Assembly (NCBI GenBank): GCA_964394405.1
Contig: CAYMVY010000001.1
Coordinates: forward strand, 299,219 to 343,235
DNA length: 44,017 nt
Reading direction: 5' to 3'
DNA from: an uncultured Gammaproteobacteria bacterium
GTDB taxonomy: Bacteria > Patescibacteriota > Patescibacteriia > Magasanikbacterales > UBA922
Below, piece by piece: positions 33,989 to 43,488 of this stretch (its first letter is position 1; every line of letters starts with the position of its first letter). The position numbers and the translations under genes are program-made. The notes under the pieces were generated by a model. The model ran no database searches. It worked only from the letters and a program-made list of their open reading frames with translations, and was not told the DNA's origin.

Positions 33989-34154
33989 ACTTTTTAATGT
34001 GATCTAAATGCTCTAACAGCATGAATGCCATGCGTTTAAAGCCAGCATGGACACGCCAAACTTCTTGCTTACTCGGTTCTCGGCCGAGCACCTCGGACAA
34101 GGCGTTTTTGGTAAGCTCAATGAGAGCTTCCTCATCCTTTGTTGGTTTGGACAT
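33876..34154 (-). CDS. Hypothetical early protein.
   Basis: A 92-aa ORF with an ATG start. It is preceded by an operator copy at 34213-34230. Confidence 0.45.
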   Translation of the reverse strand: MSKPTKDEEALIELTKNALSEVLGREPSKQEVWRVHAGFKRMAFMLLEHLDHIKKYDNENSNQKNNSEDLETDDSQAINPERTFGEEGELAE

Positions 34155-34212
34155 GTGATTTGGTTCATAAGAGTGACCTCACACTTTTACTGACCCTCAC
34201 ACACCTTTTCCA

Positions 34213-34230
34213 TTAAGCGTTTTTGCTTAA
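34213..34230. promoter_or_regulatory. Operator copy 4 (18-bp palindrome).
   Basis: ttaagcgtttttgcttaa, located between the cro-like stop and the next early gene. Confidence 0.55.
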
Positions 34231-34233
34231 CTT

Positions 34234-34440
34234 CTAAGGCAAAAAAATATCCTCAACTTTTACCCCCAACGCTAGGGCAATTCTCTGGGCGGTTTCCAAA
34301 TTCGGCCGTTTTCTTCCGGTCTCATATCGGCTGATCGCTGTGTTATGTTTAAAGCCGAGAATACGGGCTAGTTTGTATTGCGTTAGTCCTTTCTCGATTC
34401 TAATATCCCTCAGTCGAATGTTGGTTGGTGTTTTTTTCAT
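34234..34440 (-). CDS. Cro-like XRE-family HTH regulator.
   Basis: A 68-aa protein, LRDIRIEKGLTQYKLARILGFKHNTAISRYETGRKRPNLETAQRIALALGV, divergent from the CI-like gene. Confidence 0.85.
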   Translation of the reverse strand: MKKTPTNIRLRDIRIEKGLTQYKLARILGFKHNTAISRYETGRKRPNLETAQRIALALGVKVEDIFLP

Positions 34441-34467
34441 AGTTTGATAAATTAGACCTCTATAGTC

Positions 34468-34496
34468 ATATTAAGCAATTTTGCTTAATTCGTCAA
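34468..34496 (-). promoter_or_regulatory. Promoter of the cro-like/early operon.
   Basis: The minus strand reads TTGACG (34496-34491), a 17-nt spacer, then TAATAT (34473-34468). Operator 1 fills the spacer. Confidence 0.55.
34471..34488. promoter_or_regulatory. Operator copy 1 (perfect 18-bp palindrome).
   Basis: ttaagcaa tt ttgcttaa. Confidence 0.65.
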
Positions 34497-34511
34497 TTAC
34501 TGTCCTTGTGG

Positions 34512-34529
34512 ATAAGCATATTTGCTTAA
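34512..34529. promoter_or_regulatory. Operator copy 2 (imperfect).
   Basis: ataagcatatttgcttaa. It overlaps the -35 of the CI-like promoter. Confidence 0.55.
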
Positions 34530-34550
34530 TCTTTACATATTTGCTATATT
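34522..34550 (+). promoter_or_regulatory. Promoter of the CI-like repressor gene.
   Basis: TTGCTT (34522-34527), a 17-nt spacer, then TATATT (34545-34550). Confidence 0.45.
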
Positions 34551-34577
34551 ATACTAAGATGTAATTAGGATTATTAA

Positions 34578-34585
34578 TTAAGCAA
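34578..34585. promoter_or_regulatory. Operator half-site.
   Basis: ttaagcaa, 12 nt upstream of the CI-like ATG. Confidence 0.3.
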
Positions 34586-34596
34586 ATAACAAAAAT

Positions 34597-35319
34597 ATGT
34601 CATTTGGCTCATATCTAAAAAAACAAAGAGAAACCAATCAGTGGACAGCCAAGGATATTGCAGATCGCCTTGGCTTTTCTGCCAGTTATGTCAGCCAGCT
34701 GGAAAACGACACTCGACTCCCTTCGCAAAAGCAGTTGAGTCTTTTGGCGAGGGCTTACGAGACTTCGGAGGATGAAATAAAAAAACAGTGGACCGAAGCG
34801 AAGATCCACAAGGTTAGTCTTTCCTCTGATTATAAATTTAATATCAAAGAGGCTGGCGAGAAGCGTGTCGAAGAGATGACTCACAAATTGGAGGCTGGTT
34901 TGGAGGAATTGAAAAAGACAATCACAGCCGATGAGGTTGCTCATTACAAGATGCCACTGTTCAACACGATTCCGGTGGACGATCTTGATCTACACCTCAA
35001 ACATGCGGAGGAATTTATTTTTATTCCAAAAAATGGAATCGTGCGTGATCACCGTATATTCGGTATCAGAGTTTCTGTCACTCCATTTCCGGAGGCAGGT
35101 ATAATCACTGGCGACCTGATTATGCTTGATGCGGATATTGAGATTAATGATGGAGACATCGTGGCATTGAATACACCAGACGGCATGATCATGACTTATT
35201 ATAAAAAGCGTGGTAACTCTTTAGAAATCACAACGAGTCAGCCAGGCGTTAAGAAGACCTACCCTGTTGAAGGGGTCAAGCCGATAGGTCGGTTGATTTA
35301 TCACATAAAAAAATACTAA
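34597..35319 (+). CDS. CI-like repressor: XRE HTH + S24 (LexA-like) peptidase domain.
   Basis: The N-terminus is WTAKDIADRLGFSASYVSQLENDTRLPS. The C-terminus is AGIITGDLIMLDADIEINDGDIVAL ... YYKKRG. The usual G-D-S-M block reads R-V-S-V-T-P here. Confidence 0.8.
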   Translation: MSFGSYLKKQRETNQWTAKDIADRLGFSASYVSQLENDTRLPSQKQLSLLARAYETSEDEIKKQWTEAKIHKVSLSSDYKFNIKEAGEKRVEEMTHKLEAGLEELKKTITADEVAHYKMPLFNTIPVDDLDLHLKHAEEFIFIPKNGIVRDHRIFGIRVSVTPFPEAGIITGDLIMLDADIEINDGDIVALNTPDGMIMTYYKKRGNSLEITTSQPGVKKTYPVEGVKPIGRLIYHIKKY

Positions 35320-35322
35320 CCA

Positions 35323-35352
35323 CAGGGCTCGCCAAGAGCCCTGCTGTTTTTT
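35323..35352 (+). terminator. Intrinsic terminator between the repressor and integrase genes.
   Basis: cagggctc, loop gccaa, gagccctg, then ctgtttttt. It is an 8-bp GC-rich stem. Confidence 0.75.
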
Positions 35353-35364
35353 ATAACAAAAAGT

Positions 35365-36978
<1,614 letters not shown>

Positions 36979-36996
36979 TTGTAATCAATGATGTCT

Positions 36997-37025
36997 ATAC
37001 TAACGTGAGACACCTATTTCGTCAA
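36997..37025 (-). promoter_or_regulatory. Candidate promoter of the tRNA-Ser gene.
   Basis: The minus strand reads TTGACG (37025-37020), a 17-nt spacer, then TAGTAT (37002-36997), ending 22 nt upstream of the tRNA 5' end. Confidence 0.45.
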
Positions 37026-37075
37026 TCATGGGTTTTTGGGAAAAATCATGATATGATGTAAAAAATCAAAAATCT

Positions 37076-38317
37076 ATGCTAATCCTCGTCGCACTCTATT
37101 TCTGTCTCTTCACCTATCTTGCAATAAAGAAATTTCCGCTCGCAGTCTATTTGTTTTTGTTAACCATCCCCACATACCTCATCCGTTTTACTATCGGGTC
37201 TCTGCCTTCCACCCTACTTGAGGTAAGTTTTTTTGCGCTGGTGATTGGTTGGGTTGTCACTTTTCAAAAGAACGATAGTGAAAAGTTCAAGATTTTTATT
37301 ACAAACCATAAGAGGTTGTTTGTTTTGTTAGTCTTCCTTCTATTGTTTTCGTTTATCGGAGCATGTACGAGTATGATTGGGGCTACAAACCCAGTCCAAA
37401 AGCTGGTTTATGGTATTGGTGAGTGGAGAGCACTATTTCTTGAGCCTGTAGTATTTTTTATTATACTATTAAGTCAAAAGGAAAAAGTAAAAAGTAAAAA
37501 AATAATACTTTCACTTTTTGGTGCTGCAGTGTTCGTTAGTACTATCGCGATCATACAAAAATTCACCGGGCTTCTATTCCCACCCAGTCTCTGGGATGAT
37601 CAATTATTTGGCAGAGTAACGTCAATATTTACCAGTGCAAATGCTATTGGATTATTTACCGTGCCAATTTTATTCCTATCGTTGTTGGTCCCAAAAAGAG
37701 CATATTATGTGTGGGCAGGTGTAGTAATTATTCTTCTTGCAAATGTATTTTCAATTTCACAAGGAGCATGGATCGCGATTGGTGCTGGAACATTGGCATA
37801 TCTATTTGTATTGGGATATAAAAAAATAACCCTTACTATTACCGTACTTGGAATTATTGGTGCACTGCTCGTGCCCAGCATGCGAGAGGCGGTATTATTT
37901 CAGGATCAGGCAGGGAAGAATAGACTCACTATCTGGTCACATACCGTAGACTACCTTACAAACTCTCCAAAAAATTTCATATTAGGAAGTGGGATGAGAA
38001 ATTTCTATGATGCAATCCAGAAACCATGGCATAATCCAAAAACCCTTGAACCGCTCAAATACCCTCACAACATTATCCTGAATTTCTGGACCGAAATTGG
38101 GTTGTTTGGAATGATTTCGTTTGTCGGGGTATTACTGTTTCTTGTTATTGATGCTTTTAAAATTACAGATACACACAAAAAAGCAGCGTATAGTGCTGCG
38201 TTGGTTGCCTTAGTTGTTCATGGACTAGTCGATGTGCCGTATTTCAAAAATGATCTCGCCGTGTTGTTCTGGGTACTTGCATTTCTCGTGTATATACAAG
38301 AGAAACGAACAAAATAA
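37076..38317 (+). CDS. O-antigen ligase (Wzy_C)-like polytopic membrane protein.
   Basis: A 413-aa protein with about 10-12 hydrophobic segments and a central loop, next to a flippase gene. Confidence 0.6.
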   Translation: MLILVALYFCLFTYLAIKKFPLAVYLFLLTIPTYLIRFTIGSLPSTLLEVSFFALVIGWVVTFQKNDSEKFKIFITNHKRLFVLLVFLLLFSFIGACTSMIGATNPVQKLVYGIGEWRALFLEPVVFFIILLSQKEKVKSKKIILSLFGAAVFVSTIAIIQKFTGLLFPPSLWDDQLFGRVTSIFTSANAIGLFTVPILFLSLLVPKRAYYVWAGVVIILLANVFSISQGAWIAIGAGTLAYLFVLGYKKITLTITVLGIIGALLVPSMREAVLFQDQAGKNRLTIWSHTVDYLTNSPKNFILGSGMRNFYDAIQKPWHNPKTLEPLKYPHNIILNFWTEIGLFGMISFVGVLLFLVIDAFKITDTHKKAAYSAALVALVVHGLVDVPYFKNDLAVLFWVLAFLVYIQEKRTK

Positions 38318-38318
38318 A

Positions 38319-39779
38319 CTAGATAGTCTTTTTTATACTCACCATTTCTTTGATAGTGTGGACCGAGACGGCTTTGAGCAGGAGAAGCACCAGGGCGTAA
38401 ACTGCACTACCTGCGAGTATCGCAAGGATAAGATGGAATTGAAGTATATAGAGTACGATTGCCATACAAACTCCTGCGAGAAGTATTTTCCCAAGTACGA
38501 CGAGAGACAGGGAAATTTTTGTGTATTTTTTGATAGTGAAGTATAGACACGTACCTGCGAATAGCTCTGAGAAAACACTGGCTCCCGCAGCACCAACCAT
38601 GCCATAGCGGGGGATAAAAATAAAATACAATACCAGGGTAATAAGAGCCGTGACGATATAGATAGGTAGGGTTTCTTTTTGTCGATTGACTGCCACTGCA
38701 ACATGCCCAAAAATTCCTCCGACAAATATACCGAATACTGCGATAGAGAGAAGGGTGAGTGGAAGTGCTGCAGTTCTAAATTCATTTCCTGCAATCACCA
38801 CCATGATTTGTTCTGAAAGAACAATAAGACCTACTGCCATTGGAATCGCAAACATCATCATGATATTAAATGCGAGCTGAAAATGCTCTTTGAATTTTCG
38901 ATCTTCACCTTTTGACCACGCATAAGCAAGGAGAGGGAGCATAAGTCCCATAATCATCATGGCAGTCTGGGCAACAATATCAATCACGCGGTACGCTGCT
39001 CCATAGAGACCTACTTCTACCTGGTCTCGGTAGAGAGAAAGAATGACTGCATCTCCTCGCAAATAGATCACATTGAACATGACAGCAACTGCAATTGGCC
39101 ACATTTTGATTGCTATTTTTTTCCAGAGTGAAAAATCAAATCCCAGTGTTACTGAAGTATTTTTGCGTGCAAATATCCACATTGCAGCAGTATATACGAC
39201 ACTTGAAATCGTGATAGCCCACATGACGGGGATAAACCCGAGATCAAAATAGATGCATAATACCAACCCGACTATCAGGGCAATGCGCCCAATAACTTCG
39301 CCAAAAGCCTGGAAGTATGTGGTAAGTTTTGCTTGATAATATCCTGTAAAAATCTGGTTCATTGCAACCGAGAGCATGTTGATCGTAGTAAAGGTGATCG
39401 CAATTTTGACTTCAGGTGGGTAGGGGAAGAATAGTGCGATAAGCGGCGCAATACCAAGTCCAATAACAGCGGTCACAAATCTAAAACCGAATAAATTTTT
39501 AAGCAGTTTTGAGCGGTAGCTCGCGAGTTTTCCTGTGTCAGTTTCAGCAATATCGCGAGGAATCTCGCTCATCATCTGTGCAGTCACGGGGATCAATCCA
39601 AAGTCGAGCATGATTGCGATAAATTGGAGGAATGCCAAGGTGGTTGCATACCACCCAAATTGTTCGGGTCCTAAGTATCGGGTGAGTATGCCGATTGCAA
39701 TAAGACCGAGTATGGTTGAGACAATTTTTCCAATTAGTTGCGCTGCAGTATTGTGTGCGAGTTGTTTGGTGAGGGACAT
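38319..39779 (-). CDS. Wzx-type polysaccharide/oligosaccharide flippase (MOP superfamily).
   Basis: About 14 TM segments. The typical N-terminus is MSLTKQLAHNTAAQLIGKIVSTILGLIAIGILTRYLGPEQFG. I prefer the ATG at 39779; the track start at 39854 is TTG. Confidence 0.75.
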   Translation of the reverse strand: MSLTKQLAHNTAAQLIGKIVSTILGLIAIGILTRYLGPEQFGWYATTLAFLQFIAIMLDFGLIPVTAQMMSEIPRDIAETDTGKLASYRSKLLKNLFGFRFVTAVIGLGIAPLIALFFPYPPEVKIAITFTTINMLSVAMNQIFTGYYQAKLTTYFQAFGEVIGRIALIVGLVLCIYFDLGFIPVMWAITISSVVYTAAMWIFARKNTSVTLGFDFSLWKKIAIKMWPIAVAVMFNVIYLRGDAVILSLYRDQVEVGLYGAAYRVIDIVAQTAMMIMGLMLPLLAYAWSKGEDRKFKEHFQLAFNIMMMFAIPMAVGLIVLSEQIMVVIAGNEFRTAALPLTLLSIAVFGIFVGGIFGHVAVAVNRQKETLPIYIVTALITLVLYFIFIPRYGMVGAAGASVFSELFAGTCLYFTIKKYTKISLSLVVLGKILLAGVCMAIVLYILQFHLILAILAGSAVYALVLLLLKAVSVHTIKEMVSIKKTI

Positions 39780-40034
39780 AGATGAGTCAAGAATAGCATA
39801 TTCTTGTATAATTTCAAATTCACTTACGTACTTTTTGTAATCAAAAAGTACCAAAAATTTTCGGGGGTGAAAAAACTCACCTCACTAAGTTTGGCCTCTG
39901 TTTCTATGCTCGCAGTTCAAACAGTTTTCACCCCCGAACCCCCTTGTGGACTCTAAAATATGTAGATAAATAGGCGAGAGACATACAAACAAAAACATGC
40001 TATACTCAGACATACGATAATATTCAAATACTTT

Positions 40035-41885
40035 ATGCTTTTTTCTTCTATAAAACGTCTGAGTATAGCAATTTTTCTTTTTGCTATGTTTCTCAGCTCA
40101 GCTTCGGGGGCCCATGCCGTAGACCCAAAACTCACCATCAAAGATAGTGCGTATGCGGCAAAATTGGTAAGTCAATCCATTCCTGATCCTGTACAGATGG
40201 AAGCAGGTGAAGTAAAAACAGTAGTATTCAAATTCAAAAACATTGGAACTGCTACCTGGACTGGGAGTCGATTTATCTCTGCCTACACCATGGAACCACG
40301 GTATCGCGACTCGATATTTAAAGGGGGTAATTGGATTGCCCCACGTCAGAGTGCAAAAATTGAAGGCACGGTAAAACCAGGAGAAATGGGAGAATTAAAA
40401 CTTGAATTGAAAGCTCCAGAGACTGCGGGAGAATATAAAGAAGAATTTTACCTGGCAGCAGAAAATCATACCTGGGTTAAGGGAGGATATTTCTATATTG
40501 ATATTAGTGTTGCTCCAAAGAAAAAAGTAACCGAAGCGGTTGAAGCAACAACTACAGCGCCCGTGAATGTGGTTTCACAAAACACGTATCAGGCAACACG
40601 TGTTATCTTGAGTAAAAAACAAATTGAAGCTCGTGGGGGAGAGATAATTCCCGTGATTATCGGATTTCAGAATACCGGGACAAATCCATGGACATCGTAT
40701 ACACTCAAATCAACTGCGGTCAATGCAGAAAATTATGCAGGGACCCCAAAAGTATTAGTAGAGAAACAAGTAGACGTGGCGCCTTTTGGAGTTGCGCGTG
40801 AGACTGTTTCAGTATCTATTCCTCAGAGGAGAGGTGTCTATACGATTAGACTAGCGTTGATCCCTAATGGTACTGAGAAGGCAAGTGATCTGGGAGTAAT
40901 AACCGTTGTGGTGACCGAAGACGCACCGGTAATTACTGAAGAGGAATATACAGAATCAGTGCAGCCATTGGTACGGTTGTCAGAGGAACCTCGAATTCGG
41001 GTAGGCGTATGGAAAAATCCAGAAAAAGGAGTGGAATTTGTTTCAGTAGATGAAGCGTACACTGTATTTGATGGAGAGATGATGATGGGAACACTTCCTC
41101 CCGGGGTTCGGGTATCAATGTGGAAGACTGGAGGAGTATTTTATTTTAAAGGCGGAGATCTTGAATTTTCTACTGGAAACTTTATTCGTCTCACACCCGC
41201 AAATAATCCACATGCAGTATTTCGTCTACCGAATTATGAAAGATTATTATCGTATCGCGGGAAATTGAGCTTCAATGCGTATCGTGGAGCCATGGAGTAT
41301 CGTACAACCAATAATAGTGATGCGACGTATGTGATCAATGATCTGCTATTCGAGGATTATGTCGCTGGAATTGCCGAGACTTCGAACGAAGCACATATGG
41401 AATATATGAAAGCAATTCTGACCGCTGCGCGTACCTACGCCTACTATATTCAGAATCATAAAAGTACACAGACAGCGGTATTTGATGTAGTTGCAACTAC
41501 TGCAGATCAGCTCTATCTGGGATATGAAAGCGAAATTCTCATGCCACGTGTCGTCGAAGCTGCACGAGAAACGAGGGGAATGATGGTTACCTATGATACT
41601 GATGCTAATCCCGAAACTCCTTCTGACATTGTAATTACTCCGTATTTTGCAAATGCTGATACGAGAACCAGAAGTTGGAGTGAGGTGTGGAGGGGAGCAG
41701 GTAGACCATGGCTTGTGTCAGTCACAACTGAGTATGATAAGCGGGATAAAAAGAAATTGTATGGTCATGGGGTAGGCATGAGTGCACGGGACGCATCAAT
41801 CAGGGCGTCTGAGAAGGGTGAGAATTTTGAGCAATTATTGAAATATTATTATACGGGGGTTGGGGTGGAGAGGGTGTATCAGTAG
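40035..41885 (+). CDS. Secreted SpoIID/LytB-domain protein with N-terminal Ig-like repeats.
   Basis: A signal peptide is present (LSIAIFLFAMFLSSASGAHA). The C-terminal block FEDYVAGIAETSNEAHMEYMKAILTAARTYAYY ... YGHGVGMS is typical of SpoIID. Confidence 0.8.
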   Translation: MLFSSIKRLSIAIFLFAMFLSSASGAHAVDPKLTIKDSAYAAKLVSQSIPDPVQMEAGEVKTVVFKFKNIGTATWTGSRFISAYTMEPRYRDSIFKGGNWIAPRQSAKIEGTVKPGEMGELKLELKAPETAGEYKEEFYLAAENHTWVKGGYFYIDISVAPKKKVTEAVEATTTAPVNVVSQNTYQATRVILSKKQIEARGGEIIPVIIGFQNTGTNPWTSYTLKSTAVNAENYAGTPKVLVEKQVDVAPFGVARETVSVSIPQRRGVYTIRLALIPNGTEKASDLGVITVVVTEDAPVITEEEYTESVQPLVRLSEEPRIRVGVWKNPEKGVEFVSVDEAYTVFDGEMMMGTLPPGVRVSMWKTGGVFYFKGGDLEFSTGNFIRLTPANNPHAVFRLPNYERLLSYRGKLSFNAYRGAMEYRTTNNSDATYVINDLLFEDYVAGIAETSNEAHMEYMKAILTAARTYAYYIQNHKSTQTAVFDVVATTADQLYLGYESEILMPRVVEAARETRGMMVTYDTDANPETPSDIVITPYFANADTRTRSWSEVWRGAGRPWLVSVTTEYDKRDKKKLYGHGVGMSARDASIRASEKGENFEQLLKYYYTGVGVERVYQ

Positions 41886-41950
41886 AGGGCTTGAAATGTT
41901 TGAGAGGCTGGAGAATGCTTGAAAAGGCAAAAATTTAAATAACACAAAAT

Positions 41951-41986
41951 CGTCCTCTGAAAATCAGAGGGCGGTTTTGTTTTTTA
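41951..41986 (+). terminator. Intrinsic terminator after the SpoIID-domain gene.
   Basis: cgtcctctga, loop aaa, tcagagggcg (one G.U pair), followed by gttttgtttttt. Confidence 0.75.
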
Positions 41987-42017
41987 TACCCCTGTGGATA
42001 ATCCACACCAGGAAGCC

Positions 42018-42046
42018 TTGACAAAATGTAAAATATGTTTTACATT
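42018..42046 (+). promoter_or_regulatory. Promoter of the XRE-regulator operon.
   Basis: TTGACA (42018-42023), a 17-nt spacer, then TACATT (42041-42046). It overlaps operator 1. Confidence 0.6.
42026..42045. promoter_or_regulatory. 20-bp palindromic operator, copy 1.
   Basis: atgtaaaa tatg ttttacat. Confidence 0.6.
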
Positions 42047-42050
42047 AGGT

Positions 42051-42070
42051 ATGTAAAGTATATTTTACAT
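42051..42070. promoter_or_regulatory. 20-bp palindromic operator, copy 2.
   Basis: atgtaaag tata ttttacat, ending at the base before the ATG. Confidence 0.6.
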
Positions 42071-42274
42071 ATGGCTACTATAAAATCTAATCTAAAAAAA
42101 TTTAGATTGGCAGGTAATCTCACACAAGAGGAATTAGCGCAAAAGCTTGGTGTCACACGGCAGACTATTAATGCCATTGAACAAGACAAGTACCAGCCTA
42201 CGCTCTATTTAGCATATAAATGCGCCAAACTTTTCAAAACCAAAATTGAGGATATATTTAATTTTAAGGACTAA
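42071..42274 (+). CDS. XRE-family HTH transcriptional regulator (short, 67 aa).
   Basis: MATIKSNLKKFRLAGNLTQEELAQKLGVTRQTINAIEQDKYQPTLYLAYKCAKLF. The ATG is at 42071. Confidence 0.85.
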   Translation: MATIKSNLKKFRLAGNLTQEELAQKLGVTRQTINAIEQDKYQPTLYLAYKCAKLFKTKIEDIFNFKD

Positions 42275-42275
42275 T

Positions 42276-43154
42276 ATGAAAGCACAAAATTTTTTCTGGT
42301 TTTTGAATAAACCTACAGACGAGCGAGAAAATGAAATTTACAATCTGGCTTATAGCAGAGCATTTAAGTTTATTATGCTTGCACTCGCAGTTATTTTTAT
42401 TTTATCTGCAAAGGCAGATCTCAATTTTCCAACGTATTTGATATTTTTTGTAACGTTCTTACTTCTGGTTGTAACCCATGTAATTGGGTGGGCAACACTT
42501 AAGAATGAAGATTTGAGTGATGAGGATGAGTCTATCCCAGGGAAAAAACCACTGTGGTTACTATATGTGATCCCGGGTGTGCTCATAATATATGGTATTG
42601 CTGTAATGTTTTTATTTTCAGAATTTGATTCTATTATCAAACTCCTTGTATTGGGATTTGGTTTGATGCAGTTGTTATTGATTGAATATAGTTTTGTACT
42701 TACCAAAAAAATGCCACTGTACGTGCGTCTGATATTAAGTGTGTTATATCCATTATTCGCAATATTCCTCGTAACTTCAAAAAATTATAACAAAAGTAAA
42801 ATTAAGGCTATATTGGAATCAATTGGGTATAATGTAATACTTGCTATTATTTCCATAGTGTTAGTATTCGGAGCACGGATGTTTGTATTTACACCTTTTT
42901 ACAACGCTACCGATTACTTTGAACCTGAACTGAAAAAAGGGGAGTATATGATTGTGAACCGGATATTCAAGGAATTTTATGCTGGAGAATATGTCGTGTA
43001 CAAAAATCAGGAAAATCGATTTGTGATTGGCAGGATTAAAAGTGTGAGTGATAATACTCTCAACTTAGAGACTACTGCAGGTGACATAAGTGTTGAAGAT
43101 GGGCAGGTGCTGGGGAAAATTTTTAGAAAAACAGGCGCGCCTCAGAAGAAGTAA
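42276..43154 (+). CDS. Membrane protein with a C-terminal S26-signal-peptidase-like but Ser-less domain.
   Basis: Several TM segments are followed by FTPFYNATDYFEPELKKGEYMIVNR ... GEYVVYKNQENRFVIGRIKSV. This has S26/S24 beta-barrel layout, but the SM-x-P catalytic block reads DYFEP. Confidence 0.55.
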   Translation: MKAQNFFWFLNKPTDERENEIYNLAYSRAFKFIMLALAVIFILSAKADLNFPTYLIFFVTFLLLVVTHVIGWATLKNEDLSDEDESIPGKKPLWLLYVIPGVLIIYGIAVMFLFSEFDSIIKLLVLGFGLMQLLLIEYSFVLTKKMPLYVRLILSVLYPLFAIFLVTSKNYNKSKIKAILESIGYNVILAIISIVLVFGARMFVFTPFYNATDYFEPELKKGEYMIVNRIFKEFYAGEYVVYKNQENRFVIGRIKSVSDNTLNLETTAGDISVEDGQVLGKIFRKTGAPQKK

Positions 43155-43160
43155 AAATTA

Positions 43161-43186
43161 AAAACCGGCTTATTGCCGGTTTTTTG
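43161..43186 (+). terminator. Intrinsic terminator.
   Basis: aaccggc, loop ttatt, gccggtt, followed by tttt. Confidence 0.7.
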
Positions 43187-43282
43187 GTATTTTTTTAGAA
43201 ATTTTCTCTGATAAGGAAATTGTTTGTATAGTTAATTAATAATTTAGATATATTAGTTGATGTTGTATTGAGTAAGAAGTAG

Positions 43283-43389
43283 GATCGACTAGCATCACCG
43301 CGCGCTAACGCGGTGATGCTTTGAAATTCGATCTCCCCCCTAAACCGCCAGTGTGGGTGCAGGAGGTTTAGGAGGTTCGAATTCACCCA
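43283..43389. ncRNA. Structured intergenic element (candidate small RNA or leader); strand undetermined.
   Basis: A perfect 12-bp hairpin agcatcaccgcg / cgcggtgatgct (43291-43320) is nested in gatcga/tcgatc (43283-43288 and 43328-43333). Then cctaaacc/ggtttagg (43339-43346 and 43365-43372) is interleaved with tgggtg/caccca (43354-43359 and 43384-43389). Confidence 0.35.
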
Positions 43390-43488
43390 ACATCCTGTTG
43401 CGTGGGATAGTATAAAAATATATTTTTTTTGACATATATACAAATAAGTGTTATTTTAATCTAAAAAGATACATTATTTTTGTATAAT

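Noticed and set aside
38339-38794. A 151-aa minus-strand ORF inside the flippase gene region, and an 89-aa ORF at 18153-18422.
   Set aside because: These are alternative frames of confidently called genes (the flippase and the small terminase), so they are shadow ORFs.
43365-43389. A T-loop-like GGTTCGAAT sequence suggesting a tRNA or tmRNA 3' domain.
   Set aside because: The flanking bases do not form a T-stem (GGAGG versus TCACC). No acceptor or anticodon arms can be drawn on either strand.
43195-43443. An 82-aa minus-strand ORF.
   Set aside because: It reads straight through a perfect 12-bp hairpin and other helices, and the peptide looks random. The region is better explained as non-coding.
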